From Octopus sinensis (Eukaryota), in NCBI RefSeq assembly GCF_006345805.1, contig NC_043009.1, positions 60,388,001 through 60,452,000 on the forward strand: DNA of 64,000 bases, given 5' to 3'. The first letter of the stretch is position 1, and every line of letters starts with the position of its first letter. The notes under the pieces are model-generated. The model was not told where the DNA came from and did no database searches. It was given only the letters and a program-made list of their open reading frames with translations. A program made the translations under genes and the position numbers. Of this stretch, positions 23,240 through 36,457 are shown in pieces.

Positions 23240-24065
23240 TTGTAATCACCCCACTTGTCGTATGGTTGACACCATATAGATTTCCGGTGCATCCTAGTTA
23301 AGGACCATATTCATGTGAATTCATTAGAACTCACTTGAATCTCAATTACTTAAGCCGTATATATATATATAATATATATATATTATTACAAAAATGTAAA
23401 TTTTGGACATAGAGTTACCAAAGGTTTCGTATCCACAAAGCCAAAGCCTTGTGGACAGCTTGTCAGACTCTGTGCAAAGACAATTCTAATTTTCTACATC
23501 AAAGACGTTAGGAAACACTTAGAAATAGAGATTTAAATCTCAACATATAAAATGTTTATGCGGATGGGGTTGTCTCCCCTGAACCACAGTATATAAAAAC
23601 AACCGTTAGAGACCCGAGAATGCTTAAACAAGCAAACGTGGAGATGCAATTTGGAAGTGGATAGCGCTTGGAGCTTTTTTGGTTTGTGTCCATTTCAAGC
23701 GCTACCTACAAGGTTTTGGTCGACCTAGGGCTATAGTAGAAGACATTTGCCCAAGATGCCACATAGGCGCAGGAGTGGCTGTGTGGTAAGTAGCTTGTTT
23801 ACCAACCACATGGTCCCGGGTTCAGTCCCACTGTGTGGCATCTTGGGCAAGTGTCTTCTACTATAGCCTCGGGCCGACCAAAGCCTTGTGAGTGGATTTG
23901 GTAGACGGAAACTGAAAGAAGCCCGTCATATATATGTGTGTGTGTCTGTGTTTGTCTCCCCAACGTCGCTTGACAACCGATGCTGGTGTGTTTACGTCCC
24001 CGAAACTTAGCGGTTCGGCAAAAGAGACCGATAGAATAAGTACTAGACTTACAAAAGAATAAGTC

Positions 24066-24655
24066 TGAAACGAACTTAGTGTGAAGTGAATATCCTCGTG
24101 CACTTTTGGGGTGCACAAAGCAATCACTCACTAGCCGTTGCTTTAATAATCCAGATTCTCTACAAGTCAGAAACAACAAGACGCAGACGTGAAATATATA
24201 TATAACTACTTTATTCTCTTTCTTGGTAAACAATAACAATAAGTGTGTTATCTGATGTCCTAGGTTCGGGCGCGCACCGCTATAAGTTAATAGATTGTAA
24301 TATTTACAATGTCCAGCCCTAAACCAGAAAGGGGTCAAGATGGCGTCGAACAGGGAAGTTGAATGTGGTCGGCAACAATTTGGTTAAAGGATTCGGCCGA
24401 CTGCTGCTATCAACCGGAGAGAATATATGCGTGACCGTCGCCTTCATCGCTGGGTCCCAAGTCGCCGCTTGCTGCTCTAGTGTCTCAAACGTTCTACGGC
24501 CCTTGCCTCGCTAACTGCTACGTAGGCAATAGGGTTCTTCTTCCGGTGCTTCGCGCATGCGCGAGAGGGCCCTTCCTCTCACTTGGTGAAGGCACCAACA
24601 CGCGCGAAATACAAATGGACAGTGCGCGAGCGCGCGCCGTTGTAGGATCACTACA
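24066..24655 (-). mobile_element. Solo LTR (590 bp) inserted in a family A SINE
   Basis: TG...CA termini, 4-bp TSD AGTC (24062-24065 and 24656-24659), minus-strand AATAAA near 24210; the SINE sequence resumes in register. Confidence 0.85.
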
Positions 24656-25533
24656 AGTCCCTGGGTCGATTTGGTCGATCAAAGGCGGTGCTCCAGCATG
24701 GCCACAGTCAAAATGACTGAAACAAGTAACAGAGTAAAGAGAGAGTAAAGAGTAGGACTGAACCCGGAACCATGTGGTTGGGAAGCAAGCTTCTTACCAC
24801 ACAACCACTCCTGTGCCTTATACATACTCTTTACTCTTTACTCTTTTACTTGTTTCAGTCATTTGACTGCGGCCATGCAGGAGCACCGCCTTCAGTCGAA
24901 CAAATCGACCCCGGGACTTATTCTTTGTAAGCCCAGTACTTATTTTATCGGTCTCTTTTGCCGAACCGCTAAGTGACGGGGACGTAAACACACCAGCATC
25001 GGTTGTCAAGCAATGCTAGGGGTGAGAAACACAGACACACAAACATATACACACACACTTATATATATATACTTATATACGACAGGCTTCTTTCAGTTTC
25101 CGTCTACCAAATCCACTCACAAGGCATTGGTCGGCCCGGGGCTATAGCAGAAGACACTTGCCCAAGGTGCCACGCAGTGGGACTGAACCCGGAACCATGT
25201 GGTTGGTTAGCTAGCTACTTACCACACAGCCACTCCATATATACATACATACATACATACATACATGTGTGTGTGTGTGTGTGTGATCTTTCTCTGTCTC
25301 GGTTTCATTTTTTGAAATTTAAAAATTTAAGTGGAAACGTTCACATTTGGTATCTCGAAGCTACTTTTCGCTCTGAATCTGTTGTTATTTACCTGTTCCC
25401 CAAAAATTTTAGCAAGACACTACAAAGGTTTTAAGTTTAATTATTTTCGCCTAATTATTTCGCCTAAACAGGAATTGGAAGCTGGCATTTTCTGCATCAT
25501 AAACAAATTGAAAACTATATTTTAAGAAGAAGA

Positions 25534-25917
25534 AAGCACTCCGTCGGTTACGACGATGAGGGTTCCGGTTGATTCGAATCAACGGAACAGCCTGCTCGTG
25601 AAATTAAAGTGTAAGTGGCTGAGCACTCCACAGACACGTGCACCCTTAACGTAGTTCTCGGGGATATTCAGCGTGACACAGAGAGTGACAAGGCCGGCCC
25701 CTTGAAATACAGGTACAACAGAAACAGGAAGTAAGAGTGAGAGAAAGTTGTGGTGAAAGAGTACAGCAGGGATCACCACCACCCTCTGCCGGAGCCTTGT
25801 GGAGCTTTTTAGGTGTTTTCGCTCAATAAACACTCACAACGCCCGGTCTGGGAATCGAAACCGCGATCCTATGACCGCGAGTCCGCAGCCCTAACCACTG
25901 GGCCAATGCACCTCCAC
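25534..25917 (-). mobile_element. SINE family B with 12-bp TSD TGAAAACTATAT
   Basis: TSD at 25509-25520 and 25918-25929. Confidence 0.9.
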
Positions 25918-25992
25918 TGAAAACTATATATTACAACAATGAAAGATGTAAGAGGTTTTGAAGTTTTAAATATTCGTCCGAATATAATATAT

Positions 25993-26038
<46 letters not shown>

Positions 26039-26217
26039 TATATATATGTGTGTATGTATATAAATGTATATGTATATGTGGTATACATATTTGTATATAT
26101 ATGTATATAATATAATATATTATATTATATATATATATTATAAATATATATTATATATATATATTAATGTATATATGTATATATATATATGTGTGTATAT
26201 ATGTATATGTATATTAT

Positions 26218-26248
<31 letters not shown>

Positions 26249-26317
26249 TATGTATGTATGTATGTATGTATGTATGTATATACATATATATATATACATA
26301 TATATGTATGCATGTAT

Positions 26318-29300
26318 ATCATCATCATCATCATCATCATCATCATTTAGCATCCGTTTTCCATGCTAGCATGGGTTGGGCGGTTCAACTGGGGTCTGTG
26401 AAGCTGGAAGGCTTCATCAGGCCCAGTCAGATCTGGCAGTGTTTCTACGGCTGGATGCCCTTCCTAACGCCAACCACTCCGTGAGTGTAGTGGGTGCTTT
26501 TTACGTGCCACCCGCACAGGTGCCAGACAGGGCTGGCAAACGGCCACGAACGGATGGTGCTTTTACGTGTCACCGGCACGGGGGCCAGGCGAGGCTGGCA
26601 ACGGACGGAACGGATGGTGCTTTTACGTGCCACCAACACGGGGGCCAGACAGAGCTGGCAAACGGCCACGAAACGGATGGTGCTTTTACGTGTCACCGGC
26701 ACGGGGGCCAGGCGAGGCTGGCAACGGACACGAACGGATGGTGCTGTTACGTGCCACCAACACGGGGGCCAGACAGAGCTGGCAAACGGCCACGAAACGG
26801 ATGGTGCTTTTACGTGTCACCGGCACGGGGGCCAGGCGAGGCTGGCAACGGACACGAACGGATGGTGCTTTTACGTGCCACCGACACGGAGGCTAGACGG
26901 GGCGGCACCGGCAACGACCACGATCGGATGGTTTGCTTAACCACAGCTGCAATTCCCACTGATGTTGATCGACCTCAATTTGGTTTGCTTTCTGATATAT
27001 GAATTGATTTGGTTTGATTTTGATTTTGACTGTTCTCACTGGTCTTGCCGGTTTTCTCACGCACACAGCATACTTCCAAAGGTCTCGGCTCTGGTATTTC
27101 CTTGGTGAGACCTAAAGTTCGAAGGTCTTGCTTCACCACCTCGACCCAGGTTTTCCTGGGGTCTACCTCTTCCACAGGTCCCCTCAACTGCCAGGGTGTG
27201 GCACTTTCGCACACAACTATCTTCAGCCATTCTCATCACATAACCATACCAGCGCAAACGTCTCTCTTGCACGCAACAACTGATGCTTCTTAGGTCAACT
27301 TTTCTCTCAATGTACTTACACTCTGTCGATTATGAACACTGACGTTACACATCCATCGGCGCATACTTGCATTTCTTGCAAGCTTACGCAAATCCTCAGC
27401 AGTCACAGCCCAAGTTTCACTACCATGTAGCATGGCTGTACGTACACATGCATCATACAGTCTGCCTTTTACTCTGTGCGAGAGGCCTTTTGTCACCAGC
27501 AGAGGTAAGAGCTCTCTGAACTTTGCCCAAGCTATTCTTACTCTAGCAGTTACACTTTCAGCACACCCTCCCCCGCTACTGACTTGGTCACCTAGGTAGC
27601 GGAAGCTATCAACTACTTCTAGTTTTTCTCCCTGGAACGTGGTAGAAGTTGGTCTCTGCATATTTTCAGAGTTTATTGCTCCTGAGCATCTGCCACAGAT
27701 AAAAACTATTTTCCTAGTTAGTCTTCCTTTGACATTACTACATCTCTTATGTGTCCATAGCTTACATTTGGTGCATCTTATAGAGTTTCTACCTACGCCT
27801 TTTCTACAGATCGAGCAGGGCCATCTACCTGAAGGCGTTTGTGATTGGTCTACCTTCCTACTTATTAGGACTTTGGTTTGGCTAGGTTGATTCTAAGGCC
27901 CTTCGATTCTAAACCTTGCTTCCATACCTGAAACTTCTCCTCTAGTTCTGATAGAGATTCAGCAATAGAGCAAGGTCATCAGCATAGAGGAGCTCCCAGG
28001 GGCATCCTGTCTGAATTCCTCCGTTATGCCTGGAGGACTATGATAAATGGAGGGGACTGAGGACTGAACCTTGGTGGACCCCAACCTCTACCCTGAATTC
28101 TTCACTGTACTCGATGCCAACCCTCACCTTACTAGCAGCGTCTCTGTACATGGCTTGTACAGCTCTCACTAACCATTCATCTATCCCTAGTTTCCTCATT
28201 GACCCTGTCGAAGGCTTTCTCCATATCAACAAAAGCCAGGTATAGGGGCTTGTCTTTGGCTAGGTATTTTTCCTGCAGCTGTCTTACCATGAAAATAGCA
28301 TCAGTAATACTTTTCCCTGGCACGAACCCAAACTGCATCTGATCTAGGCTAACTCTCTCTCTAATTAGTTGGGCTATAACCCTCTCCGTAACCTTCATTA
28401 CCTGATCCAGCAGCTTGATACCCCTGTAGTTATTTGTATCTAGGGCATCACCTTTACCTTTGTAGCAGTTGACTATTATGCTGCTACACCAGTCATTGGG
28501 AATGACTCCTTCGTGTATCACCTGGTTAACTATACGGGTGACTAGGCTATAGCCGAACTACCAGATATTTGAGCATCTCTGCAGTAATTCCTGATGGGCC
28601 TGGGGCTTTCCTGTTTTCATGCTTGTAATTGCCTTAACTACTAAGGAACTGTCAACTCGGATTGCTGGTCCCTCTGTTGGGTCAACATTCGGCAGACTCT
28701 CTTTATCCCATTCATTTTACTCATTCAGCAACCTTTCATAGTGGCTTCTCCAAACCTCTCTCTTTGCATCCTCATTTAGCGCCAGTGAGCCGTCATCCGT
28801 GCGAACACATTTTTCTCCTACCACGTCAAAATTCTCCCTCACACACTGTCTTGCTATACGAAATACCTCAAGTCTTTCATCCTCACGGCGCAGGACATTG
28901 GCAAATTTTTTCTTATCTGCTTCCCCTCTGGCTAAATAAGCCTGCCTCTAGCTTCCCTTCTTGCAGTCTGATACACTTCCCTGCTACCACCGTTCTTCCA
29001 GTCCTTCCAACCCTGTTTCTTTGTCTAATAGCCCTGTCAACAGTATTGTTCCACCACCACGTTATTTTGGGTCTTGTGGGACTTTGCACCAGCCACAGAT
29101 CTGGTCAGTGGCTTCAGCAGGTTGTCCCTTAGAAGTGCCCAGTTATCTTCTACCCCATGTGTAGCTATACCCCTTCTATTTCGTCGAAGGCTTCAAGTAA
29201 CGTCTCTAAATCTCTGTCCATTTGCAGGGTCTTTAAGCTTCCAGACCCTTCTTCTCCATGTTGGTCGTCTTCTAGTCGTCCTCTTAGTCCTGATCCTAAA

Positions 29301-29860
29301 GTCACTGACTACCATTCTATGTTGTGGGGTACATTCTTCGCCTGGGAAGGTTTTGGCATTTATAAGCAGCCATCTTTCCCTTTTTCTGGCAAGGATGTAG
29401 TCGATTTGGCTAGTATGCTGGCCCGAACGGTAGGTGACCAAGTGGCTTGTCGGTTTCCTGAAGTTAGTGTTGCAAACCATAAGACTATTCGCATCACAGA
29501 ACTCCAGCAGCCTGGTTCCCTCCTCATTGCGGAGAACGATAACCATAGCCTCCATGAACGCCATAGAAGCCTCAGCATATCGTCAAACATGCCCATTGAA
29601 GTCACCAGCCACAAAGAGAAGGTCCCTGTTGTTCGTCAATGAGGTGGTCTGCAGTAGGGTGTCATAGAAACGGTCTTTCTGCCCATCGGGTAACCCTGGC
29701 TGAGGGGCATAGGCCGATATAATAGTTGCTAAACTATGATGGAGCACTAATCTAATCTTCAGTATTCTGTCACATACTCTGACTACCTCGATAACCTTAT
29801 TTTACTCTGACTACCCCGATAACCTTATCTCTTACTCTGACTACCTCGATAACCTTATCT
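26318..29860 (-). mobile_element. RTE-clade LINE, 5'-truncated, frameshifted (AP endonuclease plus RT pseudogene) with VNTR-containing 3' UTR and (GAT)n tail
   Basis: Minus-strand ORFs contain SQIDYIL (endonuclease), NYRGIKLL, QFGFVPGKS.TDAIF, FVDMEKAFDRV, GVHQGSVLSP, FRYLGD and RRLRWYG motifs. Confidence 0.95.
26490..26935. repeat. Tandem array of about seven units of about 60 bp in the RTE 3' UTR, alternating A/B
   Basis: Units anchored on GGATGGTGCTTTTACGTG alternate GTCACCGGCAC..GGCGAGG and GCCACCAACAC..GACAGAG variants. Confidence 0.85.
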
Positions 29861-30010
29861 GTGTGTATATATATGTGTGTAGTGTTGTGTGTGTATACAT
29901 ATATATATAGGTATATACATTTATATTTATAGATGTATATGCATATAGGTGTGTATATGTATATATATATATATACATTTAAAAAAGGAGATGTGGAACA
30001 CGAGTTGTGA

Positions 30011-30342
30011 TATATAAAAAAGAAATGAAGAAAATGCTGACAAAATAATTTAAGTAATTTAAGTAATTTAATTAGGTGAAAGTTCATTTTACCGGTTGCG
30101 CATTGTTATGCTTATCAAAATATATTTTTAAGAGAGATTAGAGTTCCTTCTGATAGATTTTTTCCCTTATCTGATAAGAGGAAAAAAAATCTATCAGAAA
30201 AGGAACTCTAATCTCTCTTTAAAAAAATATATTTTGATAAGCATAACAAATGCGCAACCGGTAAAATGAACTTTCACCTAATTAAATTACTTAATTACTT
30301 AAATTATTTTGTCAGCATTTTCTTCATTTCCTTTTTTATATA
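30011..30342. repeat. Near-perfect palindrome of about 330 bp; Penelope-like remnant (family 5)
   Basis: Centre CTTAT-CTG-ATAAG near 30172; the arms carry TTGATAA-gcat..atgc-GCAA-ccgg-TA. Confidence 0.8.
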
Positions 30343-30348
30343 TATATG

Positions 30349-30390
<42 letters not shown>

Positions 30391-30443
30391 GAAAAAAACA
30401 AGTCAAGATAGAAAATGCTAAAATAATTTTATAAAGAACATTT

Positions 30444-30481
30444 CAGTACCGGTTTCGGTCATTTTGAGACCTTTTCAACTG
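30444..30481 (-). ncRNA. Hammerhead motif with U3:A8 core
   Basis: cag TTGAAAA ggtc tcaaaat gacc GAAA ccgg TA ctg. Confidence 0.65.
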
Positions 30482-30810
30482 TAAAGATTAAATAATTAAA
30501 TTTAGAAAAATTAAAAGAAAAGTTTTTTTAAAGGAATATTTGTACAGTGTTCAAATATAAGTGGCATTTTCCTTGTTTCTGCCTTTCTCTGTCTCTCTTG
30601 TTTGCACTTGTGTGTTCGAGGTCAGGTCTTTGTGAATTCTTGGTAGGGTAGAAGAAGAAGAAGGATGATGAGGAGAAAGGGTAGAAAAATTTGGGAGTGC
30701 CTTGATTGTCGTATTTTGAATGGTCAGTTGCAGTTCAATTCAGGAGAATATTTCTATTGAAAGGTTTGTTTATAGAATTGCGTAGGTGTTATACTAAAAA
30801 ACATTAGTGA

Positions 30811-30871
<61 letters not shown>

Positions 30872-31949
30872 TATATATATATAAATATATGTATATATAC
30901 ATATATATATGTATATAGCCATATATGCATACATTAAAATATATAGATATTTATACATATATGTGTGTGTGTGTGGTGTGTGTGTAATCTTGTACTCTAT
31001 GTTAGATAAATGGAGTGGGTACGAATTCCATATGGTGTATATTATGTAATTTATGGATGTACTAAAGGACAAGAAGTGTACTCGAATCACAGATAGACTG
31101 AAAGTGAATAATGACGTTGCTTGTGATAAATATACTGCTGTAGTAAGTAACCAGAATTCCATCTCACCTTTGTTGCATTTCTCCATATCTATTTCCTATT
31201 ATCTATTAATATACATTTCCTATTCATGTAAATACAGGAAGATGATATGATTCCAATTAATATGTATGTGTTCTGAGAACTCAGATAAGTGTACCACCAA
31301 AATTCCAGGTAGTTCAGCAGTTTAAGTTGTGGTTGTGTGATTGTCATGTTCAAAAGGCGGCTAATGGTGGCTTCCCTTTGAGTCAGAAGGTATAGGCTAA
31401 AATAGTGAGGAAAGACAAACATTTAGTCAAGGTGAGACAAAGACATTTGATTTAATTTGATTGAATCTAAAAATTTACCCACATAACAAATGGTAAAAAT
31501 AGTACAAACTGGTAGATAGTGTTCTGTTATCATTCACTCTTCCTGTGGAGTGAATACCCTTCAATATACTGAACAATATATATCCAATGTATACCTCTTA
31601 GCTTTTTATCTTTGCCCTCACCAGAATGTATCTTTATATCATGCACAAAACTGGATCTGCTAGCATTCAATTTCAGTCTCTTTCAATATAGAGTTCTGCA
31701 TAACAATTCTTTCCCTCCTCTTACCTTGATGTAATATTTTACCATTCTTTCTGATCACAGATTTACCTAAAGAAGACTCAATCCAACTGGATTAATTGGA
31801 CCCTCCCACCCACCTGGACATAATGAACCACAACAAATATCATTGATGAGGAGCATTCTTTCCACTATCAAACATATATTTCTCCGATGATGGAATACTC
31901 AATTTATATATGAGGGGTTATATGTACACACATAAGCCTTTATTCTCTG

Positions 31950-33200
31950 ATTACTTCTGGAAGCAGGTCACACCAAGCTTGCAGACTTGTCCAGGATGAC
32001 TGAGAGATTGGGCCTCATTGATGTGCATCCAAAAATTTTCCCCTTGAGGAACTGCTTTACTCCGCCTGAGCTCCCTTTCTTGCTATGCAGTGTATTACAT
32101 CACCCTCTCAGAGACTGCCAAAGTTATTTAGATAACACCATCCAGTGATGTACCAAATTAATCTGCTAAGTCAGTTTTGACAGCACTGGCTGGTAACAGG
32201 CTAAACTGTCCATAAGATTCAGTGGCCTTGGTTTCTGTCATTCCTTGCACCTGGCTCTACCAGCCTATCTTCCCTCGGTCTCCTTTAGCTCCACCCTCAT
32301 CAGCAAGATACTCCAAGAGATGGCTGAACCAGATATTGCCCTGGAACTGGAGTCAGACCTAGTTGACTGGACTGCTGTAGGCCTTGCCATCCCCAAGAAC
32401 ACAGATGTCCAATGCAGCTAGGATAACATGAGATACAAGTCCACCTTCAAGCAGCTCGAGACATCACTAGACCAGCATCATCTTATTTGCCTCCATCTCA
32501 CCTTGCAACCAAACGATGGGGCTTGGTTCAATTCAGTGTCCTCAATGGTTCAGTACTTTTCTAGATGAGGAGTGCACTCATTGGAGTGGCCCAAGGCCTT
32601 GGTCTCTATATGAGTGAGCTGCTCAAATGTCATTGCGGAGCAGTAGCAGACAAATTTAGCCTGCATCCATTATCCTGTAGCCTTTGTGTGAGCCAGTTTT
32701 CCCAACACACCACTCTGAATGAAATAACTGTAAGGGGCTTTGATGTAGCTGGCTTCTTGTTTCAACTTCAACCAACATGTCTTGACTGTGGGGTCATTAA
32801 GTACTCTAATTGAATATCCCTCTTCCTATTCAAGTCAGGCAGATCCCTGTTCTGGACATGATGTGCAGTGAGATGTTCTCTGGCTCCAACCATGCTGTGT
32901 TAGCCGCAGTTCTGGATGTTGCTGCCTGTAACACAAAGGAAAGAAAAATCAATAAATACAGGGACCTGACTGGTTGCTATACGTTTCAAATGATCACGAT
33001 CAAGACATCAGATGTTCTCAGACCCCCATCACTACCAAATTCTTCTGCCTAATCAAGATAATGGCAACCCATCAGAGAAATGAATGCCACAAGGTGGAGT
33101 GGCTAATACTGCGAGTGTCACTGGCCATTCTCTGTGGCATTGCCATCATGGTCATAGCCATGGGGCATGGCTAAGCACACCATTTCTTCTGGGGTATGTT
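31950..33200 (+). mobile_element. Degenerate CRE-like non-LTR element relic (CCHC finger and RLE region); related fragments at 54029-54270 and 58300-58660
   Basis: CHCGAVADKFSLHPLSC and WLILRVSLAI here; CCCGRPLDPTGLHGLSC...KRLDGL at 54029; RPDA...WDVTV at about 58480-58550. Confidence 0.6.
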
Positions 33201-33289
33201 GCTCATCGCTCCCTCCTCCTCCATCTTCCGCTGCTTTACCCCCACCATTCTTTCTCTTTCTTTCTTTTCCTTTCTTAACTCACTTCTTG

Positions 33290-33530
33290 CCTGTTTCTTT
33301 GGAACAAACTGCCGGCATCAGTTGTTGGTTGTCGGAGCACTGCATCCTTCAAGACTTCCATGCTTCCTGAGGTTCACCAACACTACACCTGATTTTCTCC
33401 CCTCCATACACACGCAAGCATGTATCTGACTCATACACTGTTCACTTCCCAGACATTTGTACATTACTGCATTTGCTTTATATGCACTTTTGACAAGTTG
33501 TGGTGCACCTGAGCACTGTATACAATAAGT

Positions 33531-33571
<41 letters not shown>

Positions 33572-33572
33572 G
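33290..33572 (+). mobile_element. 3' end of a CR1/L2-group LINE with (TTA)n tail (longer copy at 38120-38600 minus)
   Basis: The 38120-38600 copy encodes LELRRLAADL and RVAEVWNKLP.SVV...SFK, typical of the ORF2 C-terminus. Confidence 0.75.
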
Positions 33573-35064
33573 TACTTCATATAAAATCTGGTTTGTTGCT
33601 GGAATTTACTGCATATTATTACATTTCAATAGACATGACCTGAACTATTCAATCTTTCTTCCTTTTCTTTCAGTGGATTTTTTTGCTGTAACAGGCTGAT
33701 AAAAACAGGATTGAGCAAATAATTTGCAGGCAGTTTAGTTGTTAAGCTTGTACTGTGTGAATCATAGCTTCTTACATGCCTGAATTATTTTTCTCGGAAA
33801 ATCTTCCTGAATTGTTAAACAAAAATACTTTCACTTCAGTTTTACTTACAACAATAAGACAGCCAGGAAGATATTTCTGTTTTTTGTCATGTTTTTGTAT
33901 CTTTTTACACTTCAGCGCATTTTTGGCGCTAAAGTAATATTTTCTCTTTACATTTTAAACAACCTTGACTACAAAACAAAACTGTAGACTTGGGGGGTAA
34001 AAACGACGCAATATAGGAAAGAGATATGAGAAGAAAAATAGGGCATAAGACAAAGTTTAAACCAAGGCCAACAGATAAGAAAAGTCAATACTGCCAGGTG
34101 TGATAAAGTGGCAAAGTGACAGAATGCTTAGTGGCATTTTGTCCATCTTTGTCTTCTGAGTTCAAATTCAACCAAGGTTGACTTTGCCTTTAGTTTTTTC
34201 AGGGTCAGTAAAATAAGTACCAGTCATGTACTGAGGATCAATGTAATCAACTTACTCCTGCCCCCAAAATTGCTGTCCTTGTGTCAAAATTTGAAACCAA
34301 TATTACCAAGCTTGAATAGTGAAATATTTCACAATATCAAAGAAAAAAATCAACAGGAACCTAGAGATAAGATGGACAGGGAACAATGAGTTGATCCCAT
34401 GTGATACTATCAAGAGAAATCCAGTGAAATAGAAACAAAGACGAAAGCGTGAAATATTAGGAAGAACGTTGAGAAAGCAATCAAGAACAATGAAAAAATA
34501 GGGTTGCAGATTTTCTTTAGAATTGATCCTCTGGCATTTCTGTCAATATGAGGTCTTGCTTTTAGTCAATATTATCATATATGGTACTATAACAACTGCA
34601 TGCACAAAAGTACATATATGCAAATACACCTTCTGACATTTATTTCAATAAATGTATATATAGACGTAGGAGTGGCTGTGTGGTAAGTAGCTTGTTTACC
34701 AACCACATGGTTCCAAGTTCATTCCCACTGTGTGGCACCTTGGGCAAGTGTCTTCTACTATAGCCTCGGGCTGACCAAAGCCTTGTGAGTGGATTTGGTA
34801 GACGGAAACTGAAAGAAGCCCATCATATATATGTGTATATATATATGTACGTGTGTGTGTATGTTTGTGTGTCTGTGTTTGTCCCCCCAACATCGCTTGA
34901 CAACCGATGCTGGCGTGTTTACATCCCCATAACTTAGCTGTTCGGCAAAAGAGACTGACAGAATAAGTACTAGGCTTACAAAGAATAAGTCCTGGGCTCG
35001 AGTTGCTCAACTAAAGGCGGTGCTCCAGCATGGCCACAGTCAAATGACTGAAACAAGTAAAAGA

Positions 35065-35104
<40 letters not shown>

Positions 35105-35922
35105 GTTTGTGTGTCTGTGTTTGTCCCCCAACATCTGTTTTATTATTACCCACTAGGGGCGAACATAGAGGGGACAATACAACATCCCCGTAACTTAGTG
35201 GTTCGGCAAAAGAGACTGACAGAATAAGTACTAGGCTTACAAAGAATAAGTCCTGGGGTCGAGTTGCTCAACTAAAGGCGGTGCTCCAGCATGGCCGCAG
35301 TCAAATGACTGAAACAAGTAAAAGAGTAAATGATTAAAGAGTAAATAAAAGTGTATTTTTGTTTTTCTCCATTTTTTTTTTCTGTTTTTTTTTTCTGTCT
35401 TGTAAGTTACCTGGCAACTTCACAAGAGCCAATGTCATGAGGAAAAACAAACACCCAGTTACACACTGTAATATGGTTTGTGTTAGCAGACACTGCAGCT
35501 TAGTGCAACCTTGTGTCTTGCGGGATTCTGTGACGCAATCATGGAAAGCAGGTGTTAAGTGGAAGTGACAGCGATAATGCCAACTTGAAAGACAGGATTA
35601 TTTCCTTGCCAAAATTCTGATTCTGACAGAACTTTCTGGAACATTGCAACATTCTTTTATGTTTTTAGTTTTTTTTTTTTATATATAAACAAGTTTCCCT
35701 TCAAACTTCTCACCAGAGTTTGCTTTAATGCAACTGAACGCTATGTCATCTTATCCTGACCATTAAAGTACAAATCACTCACAATTCATATTCTATGTCC
35801 ATTACATATCTTCTGCAGGAGACAATATTTGTACATTTTCCAAGCATACAATCCTCATATATCTGTTTCTCTCTTTCATGCATATAAACACACAAAAATA
35901 GACAACAAAGATAATGCTGAAG

Positions 35923-35924
<2 letters not shown>

Positions 35925-35972
<48 letters not shown>

Positions 35973-35990
35973 TAACAATAATAATAAAAC

Positions 35991-36023
<33 letters not shown>

Positions 36024-36220
36024 CGATGACGACGAAGAACATAATTTTCGTATGGTTTTTTAGACACTCACTAGTACAACACTCAGTACAAAACCAAATA
36101 TTTGCCAGCCTAGGCATAACACCAACATGAACTTCCAACTTGTTGTCTTTTGAGGTCTCTGGGTGAGACTTGGAGCCAACTTGTACAAATCTAAAGCAAA
36201 AGTCAAACATAAATTATTAC

Positions 36221-36262
<42 letters not shown>

Positions 36263-36269
36263 CATTATT

Positions 36270-36310
<41 letters not shown>

Positions 36311-36455
36311 TAATAATTCTAACAATAATAATAATAATAATGATAATAATTCTAGCAATAATAATAATAATAATAATAATGATAATAATAATAACAACAA
36401 TAATAATAATAATAACAATAATAATAACAATAATAATAATATAATAATAATAATA
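35925..36455. repeat. Compound (AAT)n/(TTA)n microsatellite containing a short retroelement 3' fragment (about 36100-36213; homologue at 21345-21420)
   Basis: Direct inspection; the fragment is shared in reverse orientation with 21345-21420. Confidence 0.8.
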
Positions 36456-36457
36456 AA

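Noticed and set aside
23659-23706. Pre-miRNA-like hairpin downstream of a TATA-like motif
   Set aside because: The stem is only about 11-13 bp with a large loop, too short for a Drosha substrate; no other support.
26376-27002. 208-aa and 148-aa repetitive ORFs
   Set aside because: They are translations of the RTE 3' UTR VNTR on the antisense strand, with no independent coding evidence.
30580-30800. Penelope GIY-YIG coding remnant beside the U3:A8 hammerhead
   Set aside because: I could not read a convincing GIY-YIG or RT motif. No Penelope ORF is visible anywhere in the window, so the Penelope assignment rests on the ribozyme and inverted-repeat architecture alone.
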